A stretch of DNA of 64,000 bases from Bdellovibrionales bacterium (GCA_964229765.1 CAXREJ010000044.1:4900-68899), one strand, 5' to 3'; counted from the stretch's first letter, positions 39,555 through 49,196 are shown. The notes: generated by a model not told the origin, from the letters alone. Numbers and translations are program-made.

Positions 39555-40669
39555 TAAATATCTCTCCACCAAGTTGTACTGTTAAAATACTTTCCTGATT
39601 CCACAACTTCTCCCAGTCGAGGTGTTACGAGATCGATTTCATTTTGTTGCGCAGCTTTGAGTGTGCGCTCAATGGGCTCATTCCAGTCGTGGAAACTTAA
39701 TTCAAACACACCCCAGTGAATAGGAATCATCACTTTGGCACCCAGATCGATATGGGCCTTTATAGAATTCTCAGGAACCATGTGAATGTCTTGCCAGGCT
39801 AGATCGAGTCCGTAATCACCAACTTTTATCAATGAGATATCGATATTGGGAAACTTCTGTCCGATCTGTTTGAAGTGATTTGAGTAACCACTATCTCCAC
39901 TATGGAAAACACTGTGCGCTTTACCTTGAACAACCCATGAAGTCCAAAGAGTATCCTTGGACATAGATTTGCGACCTGAATAATGACGAGCTTCTGTACA
40001 GTTAACTTTTAAGCCTTTGAAGTCAATGGAGTCACCCCAATCCATTTCATTAATTTTATCATCAGGAATTCCCCATTTTCTTAGATGTGAACCCACACCT
40101 AAACCAACAAAAAAGCTTGCTCCTTGCTCATGTAAATGAAGGATGGTTTTCATGTCTAAATGATCATAATGATCATGAGAGACAATAACAGCATCAATTT
40201 TTGGAATTTCAGTCATTGCAAGCGGGGGCGGATTCATTCTCTTGGGTGCAACGGCTTTCAAAAGAAAAGCATATTCAGAAAGTACAGGATCGAAAAATAT
40301 CCTATGCCCCTCTATCTCAACCAGTACGCTGGCATGACCAAACCAAACGGCCCTTAGGCCCTCAAAAGGCTTTTCAGTGTATTGTGGTTTTACTAGTGGA
40401 AACTTGGCAGTAGGTTGTCTTTGTTGATCATCAAAGAGTTCCTTTAAGTTGACCCAATAGTCAGGGTCTCGCTCTTTAACTGTATTTTGAAATTGGTTGT
40501 GATGAAAGTGAGGAGAATTTTGGAGTCGCTCTAGGTTATCTTTACGTGGGTCGCCCCCAAACTCGATATCCTGAAATAAGAAAAACAAAAAAATCACTAT
40601 TGTAATAGTTAGCAATCCAATAGCAGAGCCAAGATAAATAAAAAATTTTTTCAAAAAATATCTCCCCAA
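39554..40669 (-). CDS. membrane-anchored MBL-fold metallo-hydrolase (NAPE-PLD-like)
   Basis: N-terminal TM helix and a VSHDHYDHLD (HxHxDH) motif. TTG start as given in the ORF track. Confidence 0.75.
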   Translation of the reverse strand: MGRYFLKKFFIYLGSAIGLLTITIVIFLFFLFQDIEFGGDPRKDNLERLQNSPHFHHNQFQNTVKERDPDYWVNLKELFDDQQRQPTAKFPLVKPQYTEKPFEGLRAVWFGHASVLVEIEGHRIFFDPVLSEYAFLLKAVAPKRMNPPPLAMTEIPKIDAVIVSHDHYDHLDMKTILHLHEQGASFFVGLGVGSHLRKWGIPDDKINEMDWGDSIDFKGLKVNCTEARHYSGRKSMSKDTLWTSWVVQGKAHSVFHSGDSGYSNHFKQIGQKFPNIDISLIKVGDYGLDLAWQDIHMVPENSIKAHIDLGAKVMIPIHWGVFELSFHDWNEPIERTLKAAQQNEIDLVTPRLGEVVESGKYFNSTTWWRDI

Positions 40670-40947
40670 GCTGGAATTATGCTTTTAATAGTTTCGCAGT
40701 GAAAGCCTCAAAATTTCTTGAAGAAACTATAGTTGAAATCACAAATAAATACAAATAACTGTAAACAAATTCTAAAAGCAGCCTTTGTTAATTTCTCAAT
40801 TGATGAGAAAGGTTTATGGGCCCATGGCATAGGATGGCGTGAAAGGTCTTAAGATTAGAAATTTCAGCGATTGAAGAAATATTTCTCCATGTCTCAGTGG
40901 TCACTAAACGACCCTTTTATAAATTGAGCTCATCCTGTAATGGCATC

Positions 40948-42834
40948 TTAATACTTAGAAGAATTAGTAATTAATATGTTAACACTATTCAAAAAACCTA
41001 TAAATAGTTTCTTACTAATATTACTAAAAGTTACGCCATTTGAGCTTGTGTGGGAGATGGAGTTTGAGTTTCTTATTTCGAACATAGAATCAATTGTAGC
41101 AAGATCCTCAGCACAAAGGTGTGGGTTAGCATCTTTTAATAAGTCAGGTTTCTTATAGTTTTTTTCAATTTTTCTACCATCGTGAAGACTCTTAAAACAA
41201 TAACTGTGACATAAGTTGACGAGATGATTTAAACAGCGATTATAGTCTCTCTTCATATAATTTAAAGTTAAATATTTAATTTGTTCACTTATTAGCGAAC
41301 TATCATGACTTTGTAGGTTGACTAAAAAACCCGGGCGGTCTTTTTTTGAAGTATTTAACCAGTATGCGAGCCTTAGTAGTTCAGACTTATATTTCTTTTG
41401 AAGTAATAATTTATCGAGTTCACCGGAGTAGCGTTCGTCTATAGAGACCATAACGAGTAAATCTTCAATATGTGGACTGCTACCAATTTGGTCTTTTGAG
41501 GCTAGGATATATTGTAACAACGAAATATAACAGGGATCAAAAAGAGTGAATAAATATTTTAGTGATTTCCGGTTTGCGTGTAATAAAAAGTAGTGAAGAT
41601 CTTCAATCGTTTCATGGAGAGATAAAAAATTATCTTCTCTTTGTAAATAATTGTTCATTTGCTTGTCAAAGACTGTATTCAGTAGAGCATTTGATCTTGA
41701 TTTAATTGTAACTTTCTCTAAAGAGTTGAAGTCTTGTTTGAGTTTTTCGATCACTTTGAGAATTGCATCGAAATGTTCTTTCATGTTCGTGAATTCAAAA
41801 GAACTTTTTAGTTCTCCAAAGCTCATCATTTTTTCTCTTTTGACAAACTTATCTGCTTGCTCCTCGTTGTCAATCCAATCGATATCTGTTTTTGATGTGT
41901 TAAGAGAAAGACTTAGTTCTTTTTCTAAAAAAACAGAAATGTTTCTTAAAAATTCATTTAATAGATATGTTTTTTCTTCTTCATTTAGATTGGTGACATC
42001 TAAACAAATATAAATATCATCAACATATCGAGAAACTTGATAGTTTTTAATTTTTGATTTCAAAATAAATTTGAAAATAAAGTCATCGAGTGGTCTGAGA
42101 TAAACATCGCTCAAAAAGTTTGATGCTATATTTTGAGAAGCTATGGGTAATCCTTTTGAAGTGCTACCCGGGTTTATGAATTGAAGGAAGTCAAGAATTG
42201 CAGATTTTGTGTTCTCATCAAATCCAAGGTTTTTAACTTCTAAAGGGTCCGAATACCGCTCTATTATATTAATTAATTTTTGATGATCAATTGTAGAGAA
42301 AAAGGTTTGTATATCGATTTTTAGTACTAGGTTTTTCCGGCCATTTTTTATCGATTTAACAATATATTTATTGATAGAGTTTATATATCCTTTGTAATCA
42401 CGATAATATGTAATTTGACTTTTTTGCGGCGAGGCGTAATTTATTTTGTAGCCATAAAAAGTAGAAAAACCTTTTATAGGGTGTGTATGGAAAAGCTCCA
42501 TCTTTTTTTTAAGTAAATGATAAATATAATAAGCTAATGAATAGTAGAGAGCAATGAGATGCTGGGATAGATAAGTCTGAGTACGTACGCTATGTAGATT
42601 TTTTGGGACTTGATAATTTATCCGATGAAACTCACCCATATTGTTGTAGAACTGATCACCTTTAATTTTATCTGATAAACTTTGATATGTGATCTGTTTT
42701 TGTTGTTTGTAAATCATATAGTCTAAACATTTATATGAATTATCTTGTGAAAGCTTTTGCACATGGAGGAGTGCTAAGCCTTTCTGCTTGTGTTGTGTCA
42801 GAAGGAATTCATCAAACTGCTTATTAAAAATCAA
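40948..42834 (-). CDS. AbiA-like defence reverse transcriptase with C-terminal HEPN-like motif
   Basis: RT motifs LVLKIDIQTFFSTIDHQKL, GLPIASQNIASNFLSDVYLRPLD and RYVDDIYICL (YxDD). A long helical C-terminal half ends with FEIRNSNSISH (Rx6H, HEPN-like). TTG start. Confidence 0.75.
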   Translation of the reverse strand: MIFNKQFDEFLLTQHKQKGLALLHVQKLSQDNSYKCLDYMIYKQQKQITYQSLSDKIKGDQFYNNMGEFHRINYQVPKNLHSVRTQTYLSQHLIALYYSLAYYIYHLLKKKMELFHTHPIKGFSTFYGYKINYASPQKSQITYYRDYKGYINSINKYIVKSIKNGRKNLVLKIDIQTFFSTIDHQKLINIIERYSDPLEVKNLGFDENTKSAILDFLQFINPGSTSKGLPIASQNIASNFLSDVYLRPLDDFIFKFILKSKIKNYQVSRYVDDIYICLDVTNLNEEEKTYLLNEFLRNISVFLEKELSLSLNTSKTDIDWIDNEEQADKFVKREKMMSFGELKSSFEFTNMKEHFDAILKVIEKLKQDFNSLEKVTIKSRSNALLNTVFDKQMNNYLQREDNFLSLHETIEDLHYFLLHANRKSLKYLFTLFDPCYISLLQYILASKDQIGSSPHIEDLLVMVSIDERYSGELDKLLLQKKYKSELLRLAYWLNTSKKDRPGFLVNLQSHDSSLISEQIKYLTLNYMKRDYNRCLNHLVNLCHSYCFKSLHDGRKIEKNYKKPDLLKDANPHLCAEDLATIDSMFEIRNSNSISHTSSNGVTFSNISKKLFIGFLNSVNILITNSSKY

Positions 42835-43016
42835 TGGAATCTCACATGCTATAGTTAACTTTTTAAAATTAAATTATAAATGTTTATAATTACTTGTCAT
42901 TGAGTGAATATAGATTCTAGACATCGGTCTCAAAACTTTATAACTTATAATTTAAATAGGATGTCCTAAGGTAAGAACTGAGAACAAACATGAATTTTTT
43001 ATAGTTAAGCGCCTAA

Positions 43017-43817
43017 TTATGAAATTCGTCTTGAATACCGGAATAGTTCAACTAATTTATCTTTTTTGACACGAAATTTCGTGCCATGGTTGTGACCTGT
43101 TCTAGCGTCAAAATCGATGTACAGTACGCCCTCTTGGAAAAGCTTTTCAAATTTAGAACTATCAAAGCCATTTAAAAGAAAGGCTTCATTAAAGAAAAAC
43201 TCTTTTTTACCATTTCGCTTTCGAGTCTTGCATGTCACGAAGAGAGTGTTATCGAGTTTCTCAATGCATTTTTTTTCTATCTCAGCACGATCGTAATAAA
43301 GTGGGAAAAGTTCTGAATAATGTATTTCTCTATTATTCTCGACATCATTCAACCAATCTCCCAAAGTGGGGTAGTTTGATGTCTTGTCTCGAGTTAGTTT
43401 ATTTACTTGTTGAGTCTCAAAGTTAAACCAAATTTTTTGAGAATCTAAATCTACTTTGAAGCCTCTTGCTGTATAGCAATTGGAGGGGGTCGTCATCCTA
43501 AAGCTCATTTCATTTTTAGGGCGAGATCGACCAGCCTCCTGATGGGGCCATCCAACACTTTTAAGTAGTTTTGGTACTGAACGTGCTGGCATTGGTTCTT
43601 TATGAAATAGAGTAATTAGACTACCAGTTTCGATTTTTTGTGTCTTAAGTTCATATTGACCATAGTCTGGAATGGAGAGGTTATTTTCACTCACTCCAAG
43701 TAGGTCTTCTAATGTGTTTCCTTGATTACCATCATTTCCAGGGCGTGTACCAATGTGCCACCGGTTTAAGATAGTGTCTAACTTCTCTAGAAGTTCTTCG
43801 AGACTAATTTTTTCCAA
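43017..43817 (-). CDS. type II restriction endonuclease, BcnI/MvaI family
   Basis: NDGNQGNTLEDLLGVSENNLSIPDYGQYELKTQKIETGSLITLFHKEP aligns with the BcnI segment DDGVVGQILERQFGVQENNITLGDLGEFELKG...LTLFHKKP as I recall it. The C-terminal GVLYIDFDARTGHNHGTKFRV resembles GVLVMDL...GPHDRGPHLRI. Confidence 0.75.
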   Translation of the reverse strand: MEKISLEELLEKLDTILNRWHIGTRPGNDGNQGNTLEDLLGVSENNLSIPDYGQYELKTQKIETGSLITLFHKEPMPARSVPKLLKSVGWPHQEAGRSRPKNEMSFRMTTPSNCYTARGFKVDLDSQKIWFNFETQQVNKLTRDKTSNYPTLGDWLNDVENNREIHYSELFPLYYDRAEIEKKCIEKLDNTLFVTCKTRKRNGKKEFFFNEAFLLNGFDSSKFEKLFQEGVLYIDFDARTGHNHGTKFRVKKDKLVELFRYSRRIS

Positions 43818-43905
43818 GCTGTAATCCTATAGATAATTGTTTATCTATATTTCGGCAATCGTGTCTTGTTTCTTGAAAAATCCTATGTGCAACGAAAGTC
43901 TGGGA

Positions 43906-44760
43906 TTAAATCAATTCGATTTGTTCACCTTTGGTTTTGGAAATAGGTTTTTTGTTTTTAGGTGATTTTCTTTTAATCTTTTCGTAGGAGTAAGGGTCAC
44001 CTTTTTCTGGGTGTTTTAAATACTTTCTAATTCTTTCATTTGCTATTTTACAATAATCTTTTGAAAGGTCTATACCAATAAAATGTCTGTCACACATCAA
44101 TGCTGCGATTGCAGTTGTACCAGATCCCATGAACGGATCTAAAACTATTTCAGCATTGGTTGAATCAATAATTCGATGAATTAAATCTACGGGGAAAGGG
44201 GCAGGATGTGGATTATTGAGCTCTTGGGGAAAGCGCCAAACATCACCGACACCATTCTTTTTGGGAGCCAATTTAAACTTGGGTTTTGTAAACATATAAA
44301 TAACTTCATAAGTGGGGAGAAAATAGCCTGGGTTGAAGTTAAATCCACCAGCTCGTTGCCATATTAAAATTTGTCTAAGAGGGAAGCCATCTACAATTTC
44401 TTGGCGGTTCTGAATGAGTCCTTTTTGTACTCTCCACTTATGATTATAGAAAAAAGCTCCATCTTCTTTTAAAACTCGCATGACCTCAGCGATAACTTGT
44501 CTCTGCCACTCAACGTATAAGTCATAGGGCATGGTATCTGCGTGGTCAGTGTATCCATCTAATAACATCGCATTAGACCACTTGCCCCCTCGACCGTCTT
44601 TTAAGCCATTACCCGTTGAGTTTTTTATATTATATGGAGGAGAGGTTACAGCTAAATCAATGGAATTATCGGGCAACTTTTTTAGAAATTTCAAAGTGTC
44701 GGCACAATTGACTTTATCAATATACTTTTCCAACTCTGCTGATAAATTTTTAGATGCCAT
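43906..44760 (-). CDS. DNA methyltransferase, beta-class (SPPY; N4-cytosine or N6-adenine)
   Basis: Start moved to MASKNLSAELEKY. Motif IV TSPPY comes before motif I DPFMGSGTT. It is adjacent to the BcnI/MvaI-like endonuclease, whose known partners are N4-cytosine methyltransferases. Confidence 0.85.
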   Translation of the reverse strand: MASKNLSAELEKYIDKVNCADTLKFLKKLPDNSIDLAVTSPPYNIKNSTGNGLKDGRGGKWSNAMLLDGYTDHADTMPYDLYVEWQRQVIAEVMRVLKEDGAFFYNHKWRVQKGLIQNRQEIVDGFPLRQILIWQRAGGFNFNPGYFLPTYEVIYMFTKPKFKLAPKKNGVGDVWRFPQELNNPHPAPFPVDLIHRIIDSTNAEIVLDPFMGSGTTAIAALMCDRHFIGIDLSKDYCKIANERIRKYLKHPEKGDPYSYEKIKRKSPKNKKPISKTKGEQIELI

Positions 44761-45069
44761 TGTTTCCCCAAAAACACTTATAAAATGACCCAAGTGTGCT
44801 GGTGATGCCTAATTAGTGATCACCTGTTTTCAAAGGTTATTGTGCTTGATTCATATCAAATTAGCTTCTTCACTACAACATGAACAAGTCCTGGGCATGG
44901 CAGTTGGTTATATGGCGTTAAATCGATTTAAGAACCTGAGGAATAAAAACCATTTTTAGCTAAGTTATTAAAAAGACCGGCATATTAAATATAAAATGCA
45001 TTTAAAATCAGTTTTTTGAATTTCATGATTTGAAAATAAACAATCGGTAAAAACCATCATGTAAGTTGC

Positions 45070-45125
45070 GCGACAATCACTCTCTGGTTACGCGTCGTTT
45101 ACCCAAAAAGTGACAGTCACCAAAC
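45070..45125. repeat. 56-bp palindromic element, diverged copy 3
   Basis: The sequence is GCGACAATCACTCTCTGGTTACGCGTCGTTTACCCAAAAAGTGACAGTCACCAAAC. The right half is near-identical to copies 1 and 2, the left half is degraded, and the orientation is the same. Confidence 0.7.
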
Positions 45126-45291
45126 TACAGTTCGTGACTAAATCGTCTCTCTTCTATTTCAATTTGTTTTTTGCTCACAGTTTATTCTGGCGGATTTACC
45201 GACAGATTTCTAGCTGCATAACAAATAGGCAGACCTGAAGGCTATCAACTTCTACCTTCCGTACTAGCCCCAAGTTTGGTATAGACCATCA

Positions 45292-45738
45292 ATGGGCTAT
45301 AAACTGATTTGTTACAAATCATTACACAATCTTGAGTTGTCTGCACAAGCAAGTTGCATTGGGTCCGAATTTAGCACCTTTACTAAGCGTATTTCTATTG
45401 GCGATAAAATATTTTTCTACTGTAAGGGTGATATTTGGGGAAGCTCTGTGGTGTCTCAGGGACCGCTATATGACCCGCAAAGTGCTATTTGGCCAGATAA
45501 GCATTACCCGTATAGATTTGGAGTTAGCAAATTCAGTTTGTTCAAGAACCCCAGGAGGCTTTTAGGATCGGAATCTCACGCAATGATTTTGGAGAAATTT
45601 GGAAAATCTTGGGGGTACAAAATACTTTTTACTCATGGAGAACTTGGGCAAGAAATCGGACAATCTATCGACGCAATGCCTCTCAGTGAGTCTGAGGGTG
45701 GCAACAAAATTGTAGGTAGTTTTTCATCTCATATCTAG
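45292..45738 (+). CDS. hypothetical protein with PUA/EVE-like features
   Basis: ISIGDKIFFYCKGDIWGSSVVSQGPLYDPQSAIWPDKHYPYRFGV resembles the GD-x-hydrophobic-FY...G.. v.s.. y.D...W..... beta-barrel layout of EVE/ASCH/PUA-like domains. This is a weak, memory-based call. Confidence 0.35.
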   Translation: MGYKLICYKSLHNLELSAQASCIGSEFSTFTKRISIGDKIFFYCKGDIWGSSVVSQGPLYDPQSAIWPDKHYPYRFGVSKFSLFKNPRRLLGSESHAMILEKFGKSWGYKILFTHGELGQEIGQSIDAMPLSESEGGNKIVGSFSSHI

Positions 45739-45790
45739 GCGGATTTCTGTAGTGTTATCCGTGATAATGAAGTAGTTAAACCTTAGCGAA

Positions 45791-46057
45791 TTGGGGAGAG
45801 AGTTTTTGGAAAATTTAGTAGTAGATTGGTTTGATAGCATGAAGGGTATCGGAGAGGGCGTTTCTTCAGATGGTCGAAGAGTATTCCTTAGTCATACAAA
45901 AATGAATGAATCAGGGTCATTTTTGAATTTAGAAACAGGTGATTCCGTCACATGCACAATTTCTACTGGTAGCGAAGGCAACCTTGTGGCTTCTCAAATT
46001 CAAAAAATCGATGCTCCCAAAAGACAGTCTCCGCTTGAGCCAGAGGCAGCACTTTAG
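45791..46057 (+). CDS. small protein with cold-shock-domain-like (OB-fold) layout
   Basis: VVDWFDSMKGIGEGVSSDGRRVFLSHTKM...LETGDSVTCTISTGSEGNLVASQIQ mirrors the CSD pattern G.V.WF...GfGFI...g..vFvH...i...L..G..V.f.....g..A..v, but with the RNP motifs degenerate. TTG start; overlaps the convergent gene by 4 nt. Confidence 0.35.
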   Translation: MGREFLENLVVDWFDSMKGIGEGVSSDGRRVFLSHTKMNESGSFLNLETGDSVTCTISTGSEGNLVASQIQKIDAPKRQSPLEPEAAL

Positions 46058-49000
46058 TCATTTAGAAAGAGTTCAGTTGCTTTTTGATCGATAGCTTTAA
46101 ATTTGGACTCGAAAGCAGCTCTAATTGATGTTCGCTTTTTCCCCAGACTTTTAAATCGGGAGAACTCTTCCATTCTGTCTTGTATCTCTCCCTCAAGGGT
46201 TAAAGCTTCATTTGCCAGCTCATTGAACTCATCCGAGTTTTCGTATTTTGGAATCCCAATATCTAAGACCTTTTTATGAATATCTCGCTCACCAATCAAA
46301 CCTCTACTTTGAAATGGCTTTATGATGTCGTCCAAAGTAGAAGCATTAAGAACTGCCGCCAGATAATAAGCCTCCATTTTGGTATCAGTTGCAAACCAAT
46401 AGGTCTTTTGATCTGCCCAAAAGTATTCTGTATTCTCATAAACTGCGGCACAAAGGTTAGTTCCGCTAGAACAATATAAGACCCAGTACTTTGCATTCGG
46501 ATTTTGAGTAAGAAGCTTGTTGTTATAGTTTAACATTTCAAACACTTTGCCTTCCTCGACACCTTTTAATTCGACATATGTTTGATCAACTTTTGTGAAC
46601 CATGCACTAGACTCAGAGAATCCCTCCAATACAAGTTCATCTGGACTTAATATCTTCCAAGTCGAGTCTTCCTTCAATACTGGCAAATGTATACTGGGCG
46701 GGTTTGATATACAAAATGGGAGAACGTTTTCAGCCAAAGCAGTTTTATAGATCAATTCTGAATTGATCAGGCCAGACAAATTGACGTCCTTGTAAGGCTT
46801 TTTTGCAGATTTAATGCTATTTTCACTAGTTTTCGCAAAGGTAATCTTTTTTTGATCTGCATCGAGTTCGACGAAGTAAAAACTTCTAGGCATCAGATCC
46901 GCTCCCTGCCTAAATCGACTTTTATAATAATTTTCAGAGCTTTGTATATTAATTGGTAGCTCAGAAAGAGCCGTTCGTTCATTCATGCGTGCGAGGTGAA
47001 AATACGTATCTTTTACTTCAAGACTTTGCTTGGCAACTTCATAATTCACATTCTGGTAGGGTAGTTTGGCAGCGAAGTTTTTGCCACAAAACCCTTCTCC
47101 AGACTCTTTTCTTTCAATGGTATGTCTGCAAACTACCACGCAAGATGGTACACGGAAAAGTGGGCTGACTGAGTCTAGATCCCATATCTCCGTAACGTCA
47201 TAGTTCCCCTTAAAAGTTCTCTTTCTTAGCAATTCATGATGATCTGCTGAAAAAACAGATCTCGGCAGAACAAAATATAAACTACCTTGATTTCTTAGGT
47301 AATACTCTGAAGCATGAGCCAAGAATACAGTGCCGAGCTCCATTTGTGTACGCAAAGAACTCCTCTGTGGAGCGATGTTATATTTTTCGATTCCTAAATG
47401 CTCCAATTCATTCTTGTAGGCTGGACTGCCGACATAACGAAAAGAAAGCCAAGGTGGGTTGCCTAGTATCAAGTCGAACTTATTTTTGAACACCAATGGT
47501 CTATATGTATTCTTAATTGTATATTTCCAGATATCTAAATCTATCAGATCTTCTTTTTTACTAAGTTCCACAGCAAGTTTAATTACACTATCAGTAAGAC
47601 TTTGCGTTTTCTCATGTGGAACATCTAATTTAGCTAAAAATTTATTAACTTTTGGTTCAACAACGCCCAGCTTTTCGCTCAAGCTGTCAATTAACGCAAG
47701 ATCCCCAATAAAATCGATCAATAGGTCGAATGTACTTTCGGGCATATCTTCGGGGATCACTAGCTTGGTTTGCTCTCCTATTGGAGTGATGTTTACATCA
47801 CCATATGAAAATAAATCACTATCATCTAAGTCGTAAGTAAGGAGCGAATCGCACAAGTAAACTGGCAGTGTAATAACGGACTCAGCATGTTGTCTTAAAT
47901 CTCCAAGTGCTAACAAGTAGTTTGTCTTTGCTATAAAAACTGCAAGAGGGTGTATTTCGAAGCCATATACTGAGTTAGTGATTAACTTTAGTATTTCACT
48001 TTTACTTAGCTCCGCACCTTCCAGTGTGGCTTGTAGTTTTTTGATAAATGCTCGAAGGAAGCTACCAGATCCGCACGTAATATCTGCCATTTTTGGAGCA
48101 TTATTGTACTTACCGAGAGCGTCCTTGCTGATATATTCACAAAGCCAATCAGGGGTGTAGTATTCGCCTAAATCATGTCGGTCATCTGGATCTACTAAGT
48201 CTTGATAGATGTCCTTCAAAAAATCGTTTTTTATTATTGTGAAGTCATAAGTTTTAAGCGAATTAAAAATGGCAAACCATAATTTTTCAAGGTCGGTTTT
48301 GAACTCGATATTATCAATCCAATGGAAAAAATCTTTCTCAGCATAGTTTCTGATATTAAACTTTGTAAAGAAATTACCATCAACTATCGAAGCAATATCC
48401 GTACTTGAAAGGGAGTATTTCTTTTCTCCACTTAAAACCAAGCTAGAAAGCAGTTTTGTTACTACGCTAAGGTATGTGTGGCGAACAAATAAGTCTTCAG
48501 TTCCATCTATTGTCCCATAAGAATACTTCAGATACTTTTCCCAACTATCTATGGCCATTGCGACTCGAGGAATACCTCGGGCTCTTCGATAAAAATTTAA
48601 TAGTATTGGCTTTGAGGTTAAAAAAGTATGGCTGTTGGAGCCAAAGTCCAAACATATGGCTTGCGGGTCTGGCTGGAGTTGGTTCTCACGAAAGAAAACT
48701 CTATCAAGCCAATTTTTAACTTCATCGGCATCCATGCTTGAAAAATCTGCTTTTTCAACTTCAGACAACAGAATGTTGCTAGTTTTGAGAGGATATGATG
48801 AAACATCTTCAGCCAGCGAAGGTGCGTAGCAACTCCATCTAACTCCGTCACTTGCAATACATAGATAAGGAGAGTTCTCACCCTCCTGGGACCACAACTT
48901 GGCAACGTACTCTTGTAGTTGCCCCTCAGCTGTCTCTAACATTTCGGGGATTCCGTGCTCAAACTCAATTACTAAATTGCCATAAAAAGAATCAATAAAT

Positions 49001-49191
49001 CCCCGTTGCTTTTCACCCTCAGGAGTTTTTTCTAGCTTTACGAATGTCTCAGCACCAGATGCTAGAGCACGTAAATGTTTTGCGTGACTAGGGAACAGTT
49101 GTGCTAGAAAAAGAATAAAATGTTCTTTCCTTTGTGTTTCCTTCTCGCAAACTTCGACGTTACGAATATATTCGGCTACTATCGATTCCAT
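46054..49191 (-). CDS. MmeI-family (type IIL/IIG-like) N6-adenine methyltransferase fusion with variant N-terminal nuclease motif
   Basis: N-terminal QRGFIDSFYGNLVIEFEHG...QLQEY parallels the MmeI nuclease core RGFVDLFWPGILLIEMKS...QALDY from memory, but with EFE in place of EMK. Motif I is MADITCGSGSFL and motif IV is ILGNPPWLSF. About 450 aa of C-terminal presumed target-recognition region follow. Confidence 0.7.
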   Translation of the reverse strand: MESIVAEYIRNVEVCEKETQRKEHFILFLAQLFPSHAKHLRALASGAETFVKLEKTPEGEKQRGFIDSFYGNLVIEFEHGIPEMLETAEGQLQEYVAKLWSQEGENSPYLCIASDGVRWSCYAPSLAEDVSSYPLKTSNILLSEVEKADFSSMDADEVKNWLDRVFFRENQLQPDPQAICLDFGSNSHTFLTSKPILLNFYRRARGIPRVAMAIDSWEKYLKYSYGTIDGTEDLFVRHTYLSVVTKLLSSLVLSGEKKYSLSSTDIASIVDGNFFTKFNIRNYAEKDFFHWIDNIEFKTDLEKLWFAIFNSLKTYDFTIIKNDFLKDIYQDLVDPDDRHDLGEYYTPDWLCEYISKDALGKYNNAPKMADITCGSGSFLRAFIKKLQATLEGAELSKSEILKLITNSVYGFEIHPLAVFIAKTNYLLALGDLRQHAESVITLPVYLCDSLLTYDLDDSDLFSYGDVNITPIGEQTKLVIPEDMPESTFDLLIDFIGDLALIDSLSEKLGVVEPKVNKFLAKLDVPHEKTQSLTDSVIKLAVELSKKEDLIDLDIWKYTIKNTYRPLVFKNKFDLILGNPPWLSFRYVGSPAYKNELEHLGIEKYNIAPQRSSLRTQMELGTVFLAHASEYYLRNQGSLYFVLPRSVFSADHHELLRKRTFKGNYDVTEIWDLDSVSPLFRVPSCVVVCRHTIERKESGEGFCGKNFAAKLPYQNVNYEVAKQSLEVKDTYFHLARMNERTALSELPINIQSSENYYKSRFRQGADLMPRSFYFVELDADQKKITFAKTSENSIKSAKKPYKDVNLSGLINSELIYKTALAENVLPFCISNPPSIHLPVLKEDSTWKILSPDELVLEGFSESSAWFTKVDQTYVELKGVEEGKVFEMLNYNNKLLTQNPNAKYWVLYCSSGTNLCAAVYENTEYFWADQKTYWFATDTKMEAYYLAAVLNASTLDDIIKPFQSRGLIGERDIHKKVLDIGIPKYENSDEFNELANEALTLEGEIQDRMEEFSRFKSLGKKRTSIRAAFESKFKAIDQKATELFLND

Positions 49192-49196
49192 AAAAT

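Noticed and set aside
39388-39606. 72-aa minus-strand ORF
   Set aside because: It spans palindromic-element copy 2 and overlaps the 3' end of the MBL-fold gene, with no motif. It is probably spurious.
42835-43016. Retron-like msr/msd ncRNA next to the reverse transcriptase
   Set aside because: No long a1/a2 inverted repeats or conserved G-branch context are visible in either flank. The RT architecture (large, with a C-terminal HEPN-like motif) fits Abi-type rather than retron RTs.
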